Positions 45,895 to 55,026 are shown, counted from the first letter of the stretch. The stretch: 64,000 bases of DNA from Candidatus Babelota bacterium (GCA_018817025.1 JAHIUU010000006.1:179996-243995), one strand, 5' to 3'. The notes: a model not told the origin generated them from the sequence alone. Numbers and translations: made by a program.

Positions 45895-46894
45895 TCAAGT
45901 CACTATAAAAAACGATCTTATTTCTGTGCTTGAGAAAGAGATGCAGGCGCTTCTTGCCGCGGCGCAACAGTTACCCGACGAGGGAGTAAGTCTTGTTCAG
46001 GAGATTTTGCGTGTTCGTGGCCGTGTTGTTTTCTCAGGTATGGGGAAGTCTGGGCATATTGGGCGCAAGCTTGTAGCGACGTTTTCGAGTATGGGAACGC
46101 CGTCTATTTTTTTGCATCCAAGTGAGGCGCTTCATGGTGATCTTGGTATGGTTCGTCCAGATGATCTTTTTATTGCTCTTTCAAAGAGTGGTACCGGAAC
46201 AGAGCTGACCCAGGTTATTGATGCTTTGCGTGCGCAAGGAAATAAGACAGCGTTGATCTGTTGCCGGCGTGGGGCGCTATCGTTTTTAGTTGATCTTTCT
46301 GTTTGTTTACCGTTTGATCGTGAGGCGTGTGAGTTGAATTTGGCTCCAACAAGCAGTTCTACATTGATGATTGCGTTTGGTGATGCGGTTGCGGTTGCGG
46401 TAAGTAAGGCAAAAGGCTTTGAAAAAAATGACTTTGCTCGAGCGCATCCTGCAGGGGCGCTTGGCAAGCAGCTGCTGAGTACGGTTCAGTCGTTTATGTA
46501 CGGTAAAAATGAACTTCCGCTTGTGCAAAAAGAGAGCTCTTTTCAAGACGTTATTGTTAAAGCGACCGCGAAAAAATTAGGTTTGGTTATTGTCGTCGAT
46601 AGTCTTGATAATTTTGATAATATCGATGGTTGTGAAAAATTATTGGGTATTATCACTGATGGCGATTTGCGGCGTGCGTGCAAGTTGGGCCCAGAACTTT
46701 TTGAAAAACGGGCGCACGAAATTATGACGCATAATCCAAAAACGGTTGCTGCTGGTGTTAAAGCATATGCAGCGCTTGAGATTATGGAGGAGTTTAATAT
46801 TACCTCGCTTGTTGTGACCGACAAAGATCGTGTTGTTGGGATTGTGCATCTTCATGATCTTGTAAAAGCCGGTATCACTGGTATTAAGGGTTAA
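45887..46894 (+). CDS. kpsF: arabinose-5-phosphate isomerase (KpsF/GutQ; SIS plus tandem CBS domains)
   Basis: 335 aa. GRVVFSGMGKSGHIGRKLVATFSSMGTPSIFLHPSEALHGDLGMV, followed by two CBS motifs. 8-nt overlap with rbfA. Confidence 0.9.
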   Translation: MSSQVTIKNDLISVLEKEMQALLAAAQQLPDEGVSLVQEILRVRGRVVFSGMGKSGHIGRKLVATFSSMGTPSIFLHPSEALHGDLGMVRPDDLFIALSKSGTGTELTQVIDALRAQGNKTALICCRRGALSFLVDLSVCLPFDREACELNLAPTSSSTLMIAFGDAVAVAVSKAKGFEKNDFARAHPAGALGKQLLSTVQSFMYGKNELPLVQKESSFQDVIVKATAKKLGLVIVVDSLDNFDNIDGCEKLLGIITDGDLRRACKLGPELFEKRAHEIMTHNPKTVAAGVKAYAALEIMEEFNITSLVVTDKDRVVGIVHLHDLVKAGITGIKG

Positions 46895-46916
46895 TAATAA
46901 AAGTTACTAGATCGTT

Positions 46917-47669
46917 ATGTTCGATATATTCTATGTGTTGTTTTTATTTTCAATTTTTTTGTGCTGGGGATCTTTCTTAAACGTTGTTGCGTATCGCATT
47001 ACGTACGATAAACCATTTTTTACCAAACGATCGGTTTGTCCATTTTGTGGCAAAATTGTTTTCTGGTACGACAATCTTCCCATTCTTTCGTGGGTTTTAT
47101 TACGAGGGCGCTGTCGCTTCTGTCGAGCATCTATCTCGATCTTATATCCATGTATTGAGCTTTTATCTGGGATTTTATTTACATCTCTAGTTTTATTTTT
47201 CCCCCTCGCGTCGTATCTTCTTTTTTTTAGTGCACTTATTATTGCCATTCGAACCGATCTTGAGGCGATGGTTATACCACAGGTGTTTAGTATTTGGCTT
47301 GCGCCTGTTGGTGTATTGCTATCGTTATTTGGATTTACACGAGTATCTTTTTGGGAGAGTTTGTTGGGGGCGCTCGTTGGGTATGGGGTTCTTTGGTCAA
47401 TTGCTGCTTTATTTAAATATTTTACGAAAAGAGATGGCCTTGGGGTTGGTGATATGGAATTACTTGCGATGATCGGTTCTTTTCTTGGCCCTATCGGGGT
47501 GTGGTTTTCTGTTTTTATCGGCTCAGTAAGTGGATTAGTTATTGGTGGTGGTTATTTGTTGCTGACAAAAAAGGGGCGAAACACACGAATCCCGTTTGGG
47601 CCTTTTCTTGCGTTAGGGGCAACGATTTACTTTTTTTTTGAATCGTTTTTATTTCGCGTTTTTTTCTAG
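46917..47669 (+). CDS. pilD: prepilin peptidase (A24 family, PilD-like)
   Basis: 250 aa. Cys-rich N-terminal motif CPFCGK...CRFC. Catalytic Asp regions are IRTDLEAM and GVGDMELLAMIG, with IPFGPFLALG at the C-terminus. Confidence 0.9.
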   Translation: MFDIFYVLFLFSIFLCWGSFLNVVAYRITYDKPFFTKRSVCPFCGKIVFWYDNLPILSWVLLRGRCRFCRASISILYPCIELLSGILFTSLVLFFPLASYLLFFSALIIAIRTDLEAMVIPQVFSIWLAPVGVLLSLFGFTRVSFWESLLGALVGYGVLWSIAALFKYFTKRDGLGVGDMELLAMIGSFLGPIGVWFSVFIGSVSGLVIGGGYLLLTKKGRNTRIPFGPFLALGATIYFFFESFLFRVFF

Positions 47670-47675
47670 GCTTTT

Positions 47676-48119
47676 TTATCTTTGTCTAATGTCTCGGGCT
47701 TCGTTAATACTCCAGATGTCAAACATGTTTTTTTCGTCTGTGTTTCCTGCTGCTTGTGCCAGAAACGTTTGTTTGCTTGCGTGGCTTTCTCTAAGCACAC
47801 GTGCCGGTGTGTTCAGCTTTCCAGTAAAGTAATTAACTCCCTCTTGTGCCCCTGTAAAATAAAAGCCATAAGTGTAGAAAAACATTCCCTCAGGCTTCCA
47901 TCCTAGGCCGCCGGGGCCGTTAAGATTTGTTGTGTAGGTACCGTGCTCAGCCCAGTAGAGCTGTTGTGCGGTGTGTAGCGATGCAAGAAGCATCGCTACT
48001 TCTGCCTGTCTTGCTTTTTTATAGTATTGGAAATATTTGGGAACGGCGATGCTTGCTAGAAACGCAACAATTGCTACGACGACCATCAGTTCAATAAGGG
48101 TGAAAGCCTGTTTTTTCAC
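47676..48119 (-). CDS. type IV pilin / pseudopilin-like protein
   Basis: 147 aa. Prepilin N-terminal methylation domain MKKQAFTLIELMVVVAIVAFLASIAVPKY. It has Ala rather than Gly at position -1 and no cysteine anywhere. Confidence 0.8.
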   Translation of the reverse strand: MKKQAFTLIELMVVVAIVAFLASIAVPKYFQYYKKARQAEVAMLLASLHTAQQLYWAEHGTYTTNLNGPGGLGWKPEGMFFYTYGFYFTGAQEGVNYFTGKLNTPARVLRESHASKQTFLAQAAGNTDEKNMFDIWSINEARDIRQR

Positions 48120-48121
48120 GA

Positions 48122-49114
48122 CTATTTCTTCGTAAAGCTTCTTATGATTACAAATCCATAATAGCTGGCCATGATCAGTGCAACTGATAGATACAGGACA
48201 CTTGACGTTGTCGAGCTAAGAAATGGATTCAAGAAGTAAACACATACGCCGAGCAACAAAAACCCAAAGAATTTTTTGATTTCGTTCATCCATGTGCCGG
48301 CTCTTGGCAGGGCGGTGATACTGTTCGAGAATGTTCCGATGACGATTAAGAGAAGTCCCATGCCTAAGGCAAACACGAATAGTGTAACGAAGCCGACAAG
48401 CGGGTTGCCGCGTTTGGCAACGTATCCAAGAAGCAGAGCAAGGGCCGGAGTCAGACAGGGTGAGGCTGCAGTGCCGGAGACGGCGCCAAATATAAAACTA
48501 TAAAGAATTGATCCTCTGACTTTCACCTGAGTTCCCCGTTGTAAGAATCGTGGCATGTAAATTTCGTAAAACCCGAACATTGAAAATGCAAGATATAAAA
48601 ATAGTAAGACAAGAAATGCTATAAAGAATGGGTTTGCGAGCCACTGACCGAGAATAAGGGTTGTGGTTGCGGCGACGTAGCCTAGGGTGGCGTATACGGT
48701 TGCCATACCGGCGACGTATGATGATGCAAGCATGAAGTTTCGTCCAATGGATGGGCTTGCTTGTGACTGCAAAAGACCGATGGTTATTGGGATCATTGGG
48801 TAGATGCAAGGGGTGAAGCTTACGGCGATGCCGATAGCGAAGGCGATCAGAAGGATGTAGATGAGGGGCAGGTTTGCTAGTAGAAGTTTTTCAAGTGAAA
48901 AGATAGATGTAATTTTTTTTAAAAAACCCTCTGGCTTTTTAATTTCTTTTTCGATAACTTCTTTCGCGTCTGCTGCTGCTTTTTTTATTTCTTGTTCAAT
49001 TGGTTTTGTGACTTTTCGAACTTCTTTTTTAAGGTCGAACGCGTTAATTGGTAGTTTGTAGCAGCAGCTTGCTAGTGTGGTGACGAGTAAGAGCGAGAGA
49101 GTTTTTTTGTTCAT
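48122..49114 (-). CDS. DsbD/CcdA-family thiol-disulfide electron transporter (transmembrane domain) with an N-terminal extension
   Basis: 330 aa. Two conserved Cys-Pro motifs in TM helices: SFTPCIYPMIPIT and AASPCLTPALALLLG. About 6-8 TM helices. Confidence 0.8.
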   Translation of the reverse strand: MNKKTLSLLLVTTLASCCYKLPINAFDLKKEVRKVTKPIEQEIKKAAADAKEVIEKEIKKPEGFLKKITSIFSLEKLLLANLPLIYILLIAFAIGIAVSFTPCIYPMIPITIGLLQSQASPSIGRNFMLASSYVAGMATVYATLGYVAATTTLILGQWLANPFFIAFLVLLFLYLAFSMFGFYEIYMPRFLQRGTQVKVRGSILYSFIFGAVSGTAASPCLTPALALLLGYVAKRGNPLVGFVTLFVFALGMGLLLIVIGTFSNSITALPRAGTWMNEIKKFFGFLLLGVCVYFLNPFLSSTTSSVLYLSVALIMASYYGFVIIRSFTKK

Positions 49115-49191
49115 AAAATTTTTCTTTCGTAAAGTTTAAAAGCTAGGGGGCGCGTTCTCTGCGCCCCTTAGCTTGATTATGCAAAAAACGG

Positions 49192-50037
49192 TTATTCTGT
49201 TGGCATCTCAAATACTTCTATATTGTCTTTATGATTTTTATTTGGGTTTTTATTTTTTGTGTCTTTGTTTATTTGTTTTAGGGCCTTTTCTTTTTCTTTG
49301 TCTTCTTTTGCTTTTCTATCGTTTTCTGCTTTATCAACGTAACCAGGGAATCGGTTCGCTTTCGCGATCAGTTTTGGATATCGACTGACAGTAGGGTTTT
49401 TTGCTAGTAATTGACTAAGATAGCGGGGGTCCGTGATGTTGTTTTGGGTTTCTATTATTTGTTCGCTGAGGATAGCCATTTGTATTTGTGCTTCTTTGGC
49501 GTTCACCTTTTCAGCAGTAATCAATTCTTGTAAATTGGCTATTTGTTTACCAAGGGCGACCTGTTGTACGGTAAACTGTTGTGCAGCATTGGCTTGAGCT
49601 TGTCTTGCTGTGTTTCGTTCTGTTATTGCGGCATCCCGATCAGTTTTTGCTTCACGATATGTGTTGATGCCTTTCCATATCAGAACGGTTCCTATGACTG
49701 CTGCGGTAAGGCCGGCGGCGGCGGCGATGATGGTGCCTTTTGTTGCCTTCGCTTTAATTTTTTGCCAGTACTCGGCGGCGCCTCTGTGTTCTTCCAACTC
49801 TTTTAGGTGGAGAATCGCTCTCTTAATGTTTTTTCTTTCGAGGGCAAGTTGGTTTTCTTCTTCTACTGAGAGGTTTTCGCAGTTAGCATCAAGTAAAGTA
49901 AGTTGGTTTTCGAGCATGACGCGGGTGCCGGCGAGGTCTATGTTCTTGAATGTTTCATTGGTTTCGACCGTGAAACATTGGCTGCCTATCATGCCGAAGA
50001 ACATTACACCAACGATTATTTTTTTTAAGTTGTTCAT
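49192..50037 (-). CDS. hypothetical bitopic membrane protein with coiled-coil regions
   Basis: 281 aa. N-terminal signal, a central TM helix (TIIAAAAGLTAAVIGTVLIW), a Gln/Ala-rich coiled coil and a Lys-rich tail. Confidence 0.55.
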   Translation of the reverse strand: MNNLKKIIVGVMFFGMIGSQCFTVETNETFKNIDLAGTRVMLENQLTLLDANCENLSVEEENQLALERKNIKRAILHLKELEEHRGAAEYWQKIKAKATKGTIIAAAAGLTAAVIGTVLIWKGINTYREAKTDRDAAITERNTARQAQANAAQQFTVQQVALGKQIANLQELITAEKVNAKEAQIQMAILSEQIIETQNNITDPRYLSQLLAKNPTVSRYPKLIAKANRFPGYVDKAENDRKAKEDKEKEKALKQINKDTKNKNPNKNHKDNIEVFEMPTE

Positions 50038-50244
50038 TTTTTCTCCCTAATCTTTTCTTAAGATTTTTTTATTGTTTTTCGATATATAAGAAAAAGACTC
50101 TATGTTTTGCGCATATTCCTCCTCCCCTTTCGGTTAAGGTTGAAACTTGACTCTCAAAGAAACGTTTGCGGTTAAAAAGACGAATGATACGAATGTAATT
50201 TGATGCTACTAAAACGATTTGTATTTGTTAAGATTTTTACGAAT

Positions 50245-50550
50245 TTGGCCTAGGGCTTCCCTTCGGGGGTTTTAAGGGCGGTTCACCCTAGGCTGGCATG
50301 ATAGCAGTCGCCCTAGGGGGCTCCAGCAACCCCGTTCGTTGCGAGTGATTTTCGAATTTCGTTAGAATGAGAAAGTTGTATCGAGGGATTCGAACGTGAA
50401 GATGCAAATTTTTTACAACGATTATTTCGACGAAATATCTATATTGATTTGTGGTCGTTTATACGATGGCAGAGCTGGAGTCCCCGTTAGGGGCTGACTA
50501 CTAAACCAGAAAGCGTGGCCGAGGAGCCAGCGGTGACGAGCCCTGCGGCC
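50245..50550. ncRNA. unclassified structured, G+C-rich element in a 516-bp intergenic region (candidate RNA gene; strand and class unknown)
   Basis: Nested and long-range complementarities: GGCCTAGGG/CCCTAGGCT, a CCC-TTCG-GGG hairpin, GCAAC/GTTGC, and GGGGCTCCAGC with GCTGGAG(T)CCCC. See findings. No ORF is present. Confidence 0.3.
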
Positions 50551-50553
50551 TAA

Positions 50554-51558
50554 CTAAATCTTTGGTTCTAGCCTTTGGACTCGGAGAATACTTTTAGATT
50601 TTGTTGTCATTTGAAATCTGTGTTCTTCTATTTTTTCCCCAAGAAATTTACTCTTGAAGAAGTTTGCAACCCTGATGGCCGCGTTGAGTTCTTGCTCTTC
50701 TTTACTTTTATTGGTCTTCGGGATTTTTGATTTTTCTGCTGTATTGAAGTTGTGATCTTCCATAATACGTCTTTCTTCTAGAAGAGAACTAAGCTTTTCT
50801 GCGATTAATCTATTCTTGTCACAGACTCGTTTTTGTGGATTGTTTAGATATTTAATGTCTGTTTTGGACAAACTATATTGTACTGCGGTTGCATAAGCTA
50901 AGAGTATTTCTTTGTTGCAAGGGCCAAGTATTGATTCGATAGAGACTTGTTTTTGTTTGGGCTTAGGTTCTGGTTCGGTTTGTATTTCTATTGTTTGTGT
51001 TTGTATAATTTCTGGTTCTGGTTCTGTTTGTGCTTCAGGTGCTGTTGGTTCGGTTTTTGGGCCTACGCGAAACATAAAATAGAGCAGGGCCCCTATGGCG
51101 GCCGCTCCACTAAGAGCGCCAAGAATAACAAGGGCTGCTTTTGATCTCGATCGACTTTTGTTTTTTTTGTTACTAAATATTATTTTTTCTCCTGTGTGAC
51201 CGGGAGGGGGAGGCGAATCGATATGAGGTGCGATAACTGCGATACTCTTCAGGATTTCGTTAATCTCTTTTTTTTCGTCTTCAAGATTCTTAAATAGCTC
51301 AGGATTTTCTGGGTGTTCTCTTTCTCTTTTATTTTTAAGATATTCTTCAAGAATTAAGAGTTTTTTTTCGAGGGCATTGCGAGTTTCAATCAGATTTTTT
51401 ATAGCGGCAATCCCATCTTGGTAGATATCAAGATTTTTTTTATCATGATTGTAAGGGCTACAAGAGCAGGAGTGTATTATGATTGTTATTGTTAGTAATA
51501 TTGCGGTGAGATTTTTTAATTGTGGCAATCGTGACAAGAGGGCCTCCCAAATAAACAT
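50554..51558 (-). CDS. hypothetical bitopic membrane/lipoprotein-like protein with coiled-coil regions
   Basis: Start moved to the Met at 51558. N-terminal anchor LTAILLTITIIIHSCSCS. Central TM helix AALVILGALSGAAAIGALLYFMF. A Pro/Glu/Thr/Gln-rich linker (EPEPEIIQTQTIEIQTEPEPKPK). Confidence 0.5.
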   Translation of the reverse strand: MFIWEALLSRLPQLKNLTAILLTITIIIHSCSCSPYNHDKKNLDIYQDGIAAIKNLIETRNALEKKLLILEEYLKNKREREHPENPELFKNLEDEKKEINEILKSIAVIAPHIDSPPPPGHTGEKIIFSNKKNKSRSRSKAALVILGALSGAAAIGALLYFMFRVGPKTEPTAPEAQTEPEPEIIQTQTIEIQTEPEPKPKQKQVSIESILGPCNKEILLAYATAVQYSLSKTDIKYLNNPQKRVCDKNRLIAEKLSSLLEERRIMEDHNFNTAEKSKIPKTNKSKEEQELNAAIRVANFFKSKFLGEKIEEHRFQMTTKSKSILRVQRLEPKI

Positions 51559-51699
51559 TTGACCATTTGGATATTCATGTTGTGTTGTCAACCGAGTGTA
51601 CTTGGCTTTGTATAGGTTGTCAATTTGACGCAAACTGGATTATTGGGCATTCTAAGACGAGATTGTGCCGTACTATTTTCACAGAGTGAGTGCCAAATC

Positions 51700-54054
51700 A
51701 TGAAGATATCGTTAGCCTGGGTCTTTGATCATATCGATGCGAATTGGAAAAAACAGGATGTTAGTGAAATTTTTTCCAAATTTAACCAGATAACTGCAGA
51801 AATAGAGGAGGTTGAAAAAATAACAATCGACCTCTCAAAACTGTTTCTAGCCCGAGTGATTGACCAGGATAAAACAGCTTCGCTTATGGTTTCAGAGCTT
51901 AAAAAAGAGCTTGATTTGCCAACTCGACCAGATAGTATCAAAGATTATTTCTTTCTTGTGTTTAAAGAGGGCAAATCGTTTCGGTGGGCGACTTGCAGGG
52001 ACGTTGGTTTAGATAAAGATGGGTTGCTTCCGGCATTTGATTGTTCTCCTGATGAGGCTGAAAGTTCTTGGCGAAATCTCTTTGAGACAGAGGACGTTGT
52101 TTTTGATGTTGACAATAAGTCTTTGACTCATCGCCCTGACATGTGGGGGCATCGAGGGTTTGCTCGAGAAATAGCGGCGTTTTTACGATTGCCATTGAGA
52201 GATAAAAAACATTTTGTGACAGACCTTACTGGAGAAACGGGTAGCGGACGGCCCCAGTTCTCCATTGAGATTAAAGCTCTGGATGCGTGTAAGCGTTTTT
52301 CCGGGCTTTATTTTTCGTCTATTAAAAATCGACCCTCAAACATTTTTATTGCGAGCAGACTTATCAAAGTTGGGTTGCGACCGATTAATGCGATTGTCGA
52401 CCTGACCAATTATGTCATGCTCGACTGGTCCCAGCCGGTGCATGCGTATGATGCGAAAAAAATCAGCAAGCAAAAACTTGTTGCCAGAATGGCAAAAGGG
52501 GGCGAGAAATTAGTGCTTCTTGACGGTCTGGAGCTAGAGCTTACAAAACAAGATCTTGTTATTGCAGATGCTGAAAAAATACTTGGTCTTGCTGGCGTTA
52601 TGGGTGGACTACATGATTCGATTAGTTCAAGCACGACATCAATATTCTTTGAGTCTGCAAACTTTAGTCCTGTTTCTGTCAGGCGTACGGCGATGCGCCA
52701 TGGGGTTCGGACCGATTCTTCGACCCGTTTCGAAAAAACACTTGATCCCAACCAGATAACCGATGCGATTTTACGGTTTTTATCTCTTGCTCAGGAGATG
52801 GGGCTCGATCCAGAAGTATCTGGTGATGTTATTTGCATAGGTGAGCCTTTTCAGGAAAAAACGATCGGGGTAACTCATTCGTTTCTTGAGCGGCGCTCGG
52901 GCGTCAAGTTTGAAGAGCGTGATATTATTGAGCCATTGAGCCGTATTGGATTTTTGGTTGCTGGTGAGCCTGAGGTTATTGGCGATCGGGACGATATCCT
53001 ATATACGATTACAATACCTTCGTATCGAGGGGCAAAAGATGTCGAAAGCAAAGAGGACATACTCGAAGAGGTAATTCGCTTTTTCGGGCTTAATAATATC
53101 GCTTTGCAATTGCCGGAGCTTAAGAAGAAGCCTTATGACTTGACCCCTGTTTTTCGGTTGCGCAAGATGAAGCAATTTTTAGTCCAAACTGTTCGTATGA
53201 CCGAACAGCTAAACTATATTTATTATGATGAAGAATTTTTAACTGAAGTTGGGCTTGGCGCTCCACTGTTTGACGATAATCTTTCCCTCGCAAACCCTGT
53301 TTCAGAAAACAATGTTCGTTTAGTGACAACGCTTTTACCGAACCTTTTCAAAAATACCAAGCATAATTGTTCCAACGAAGATAGTATGAGGTTTTTTGAG
53401 TGTGGTCGTGTGTTTAGGATAGTTGGTGGTCAGGCTCGAGAGGAAAAGAGTGTTGCCGGTATTGTTTTTGAGAAACGCAAACCGGTCGATTTTTACGAGT
53501 GTAAACAGTATATAGTTGATCTTTTGAAGTTGTGTGGTGTGTCTCAAGTAACCTGTAAGAAGATTGATGAAAAGGGGCGTGAATATCCATGGGTGATGCC
53601 GTACCAGTCGGCAGAGTTGTTTCATGAGAATACTAGAATTGGTGTTATTGGAAAAATTGATAAGATTTTTTTGAATCGGTTGGGTGCACTTGAGGAGAGT
53701 GAGGCGTTCTTTTTTGAGCTTAGTCTTGATAGATTGCTTTCGTTTCCAAAAGAAGATCTTATATATTCCCCAATTTCGAAATATCAGGGTGTTACGTTTG
53801 ACTTGTCTCTTATGGTGCCGCTAACACTTGCTGCGGTCGAGCTAGAGGCCTGTTTGTTCGATAGCGATGATCTGGTTGAACGGGTTGAGTTGATCGATTT
53901 CTTTGACAAGAAAGACTGGGCTGACAAACGGTCGGTTGCGTTTCGGTTATGGGTAAGCCATCCTGAAAAAACTTTGGAGAAGAGTGAAATCGATACAGTT
54001 CGTGAGAATGCGTTGCGAGCAGCGACCAAATTGGGAGCGCAACTGAGGGCCTAA
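51700..54054 (+). CDS. pheT: phenylalanyl-tRNA synthetase beta subunit
   Basis: Start moved to the ATG at 51700 (MKISLAWVFDHID). B3/4 and B5 regions are present (NRPDMWGHRGFAREIAA, PINAIVDLTNYVMLDWSQPVHAYD, LAGVMGG), with a C-terminal FDX-ACB-like domain. Confidence 0.9.
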   Translation: MKISLAWVFDHIDANWKKQDVSEIFSKFNQITAEIEEVEKITIDLSKLFLARVIDQDKTASLMVSELKKELDLPTRPDSIKDYFFLVFKEGKSFRWATCRDVGLDKDGLLPAFDCSPDEAESSWRNLFETEDVVFDVDNKSLTHRPDMWGHRGFAREIAAFLRLPLRDKKHFVTDLTGETGSGRPQFSIEIKALDACKRFSGLYFSSIKNRPSNIFIASRLIKVGLRPINAIVDLTNYVMLDWSQPVHAYDAKKISKQKLVARMAKGGEKLVLLDGLELELTKQDLVIADAEKILGLAGVMGGLHDSISSSTTSIFFESANFSPVSVRRTAMRHGVRTDSSTRFEKTLDPNQITDAILRFLSLAQEMGLDPEVSGDVICIGEPFQEKTIGVTHSFLERRSGVKFEERDIIEPLSRIGFLVAGEPEVIGDRDDILYTITIPSYRGAKDVESKEDILEEVIRFFGLNNIALQLPELKKKPYDLTPVFRLRKMKQFLVQTVRMTEQLNYIYYDEEFLTEVGLGAPLFDDNLSLANPVSENNVRLVTTLLPNLFKNTKHNCSNEDSMRFFECGRVFRIVGGQAREEKSVAGIVFEKRKPVDFYECKQYIVDLLKLCGVSQVTCKKIDEKGREYPWVMPYQSAELFHENTRIGVIGKIDKIFLNRLGALEESEAFFFELSLDRLLSFPKEDLIYSPISKYQGVTFDLSLMVPLTLAAVELEACLFDSDDLVERVELIDFFDKKDWADKRSVAFRLWVSHPEKTLEKSEIDTVRENALRAATKLGAQLRA

Positions 54055-54064
54055 GGAGACTTTT

Positions 54065-54559
54065 ATGTATAAAAAACAAAGTTTGTGGTGGTTATATACG
54101 GCGGTTTTTTTGGGGATTATAGCGCTTGATCGTATTTCTAAGTGGTTGGCGGTAACGGTTCTTGGGGGGCGACAGGTCTCGTTATTTCCCGGCTTGAATT
54201 TTACGTTGATGTGGAATCGCGGGGTTAGTTGGGGGCTTTTCAACCGAAGTTCTTATCTAGGGCTTTACTTTTTGGCGTTATTTATAGCAATTGTGATTGT
54301 TTTTTTCTTGGTTTATACCATACATGAGTATCGGCGTGGTACGATGATTTTGTTCGAGCTACTGGTTCTTGCTGGGGCATTATCTAATTTTTTTGACCGG
54401 ATCTATTACGGTGCGGTTGTTGATTTCATTGATATCTACGTTTCTACCGGTGTGTGGAGTTGGCATTGGCCAACGTTTAATGTGGCGGATGCCTGTATTG
54501 TGGTTGGTATGGGGGGTATTTTAGTAAAGGGGTTACTATGCGAGCGAACGAAAATATAA
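54065..54559 (+). CDS. lspA: lipoprotein signal peptidase II
   Basis: 164 aa with LDRISKW, NRGVSWG, FDRIYYGAVVDFIDI and FNVADACIVVG. Confidence 0.9.
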   Translation: MYKKQSLWWLYTAVFLGIIALDRISKWLAVTVLGGRQVSLFPGLNFTLMWNRGVSWGLFNRSSYLGLYFLALFIAIVIVFFLVYTIHEYRRGTMILFELLVLAGALSNFFDRIYYGAVVDFIDIYVSTGVWSWHWPTFNVADACIVVGMGGILVKGLLCERTKI

Positions 54560-55026
54560 AACGAGCGTGCTATGCCGTTGCAACGTTAAGTCCACTGGGT
54601 GAGTGGTGGCTTGGGGGTGTTTTTGCATCGGCGCTTGGCGTACCTTTTCTTTTACTTTTTCAAAGTGTGTATTGGTTGGGGAATTTGTTGTTTTACTGGA
54701 CGATCGCATTTACCGCGATACTTTTTCTTATTATTACTCAATGGGCGTTACACGCTTATCCTGAGAAGGCGCCTAAGGCGATTGTTTGTGACAAGATTCT
54801 TGGGGTTATGATTTCTCTTGCTGGAGTACCGCTTCGGTGGAGGATTATTTTTTTCGGTTTTGTTCTGTTTCATCTTTTGAATACACTAAAGCCATTTGCA
54901 TGGTATCGAAGGCTTATTGAATATATAGAGAAACTACCAGGAGTTTTCGGCGTGCTAGGGGCTGAGATTCTCTCTGGTGTGCTTGTTAATTTTGTGCTTC
55001 AGTTGCTAGTGTGGGTTATGAGTTGA
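54538..55026 (+). CDS. PgpA-family (phosphatidylglycerophosphatase A-like) membrane protein, divergent
   Basis: 162 aa. DKILGVMISL, LKPFAW and PGVFGVLGAEILSGVL resemble the PgpA layout. The acidic pair I remember from PgpA appears to be replaced by A-E, so the assignment is tentative. Confidence 0.55.
   Translation: MRANENIKRACYAVATLSPLGEWWLGGVFASALGVPFLLLFQSVYWLGNLLFYWTIAFTAILFLIITQWALHAYPEKAPKAIVCDKILGVMISLAGVPLRWRIIFFGFVLFHLLNTLKPFAWYRRLIEYIEKLPGVFGVLGAEILSGVLVNFVLQLLVWVMS

Noticed and set aside
50245-50320. Three copies of CCTAGGG/CCCTAGG within 70 nt could be read as a short repeat array.
   Set aside because: The copies are inverted relative to each other and form a stem. There are no regularly spaced direct repeats with unique spacers, so this is not CRISPR-like.
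50489-50553. GGGGCTGAC at 50489 resembles the conserved 5' end of tmRNA (GGGGCUGA...).
   Set aside because: A ~350-nt plus-strand tmRNA would run into the minus-strand protein gene at 50554. No TTCGA T-arm plus CCA acceptor end pairs with it on either strand. No convincing tag reading frame ending in a hydrophobic ...AA was found. The region is kept only as an unclassified RNA candidate.
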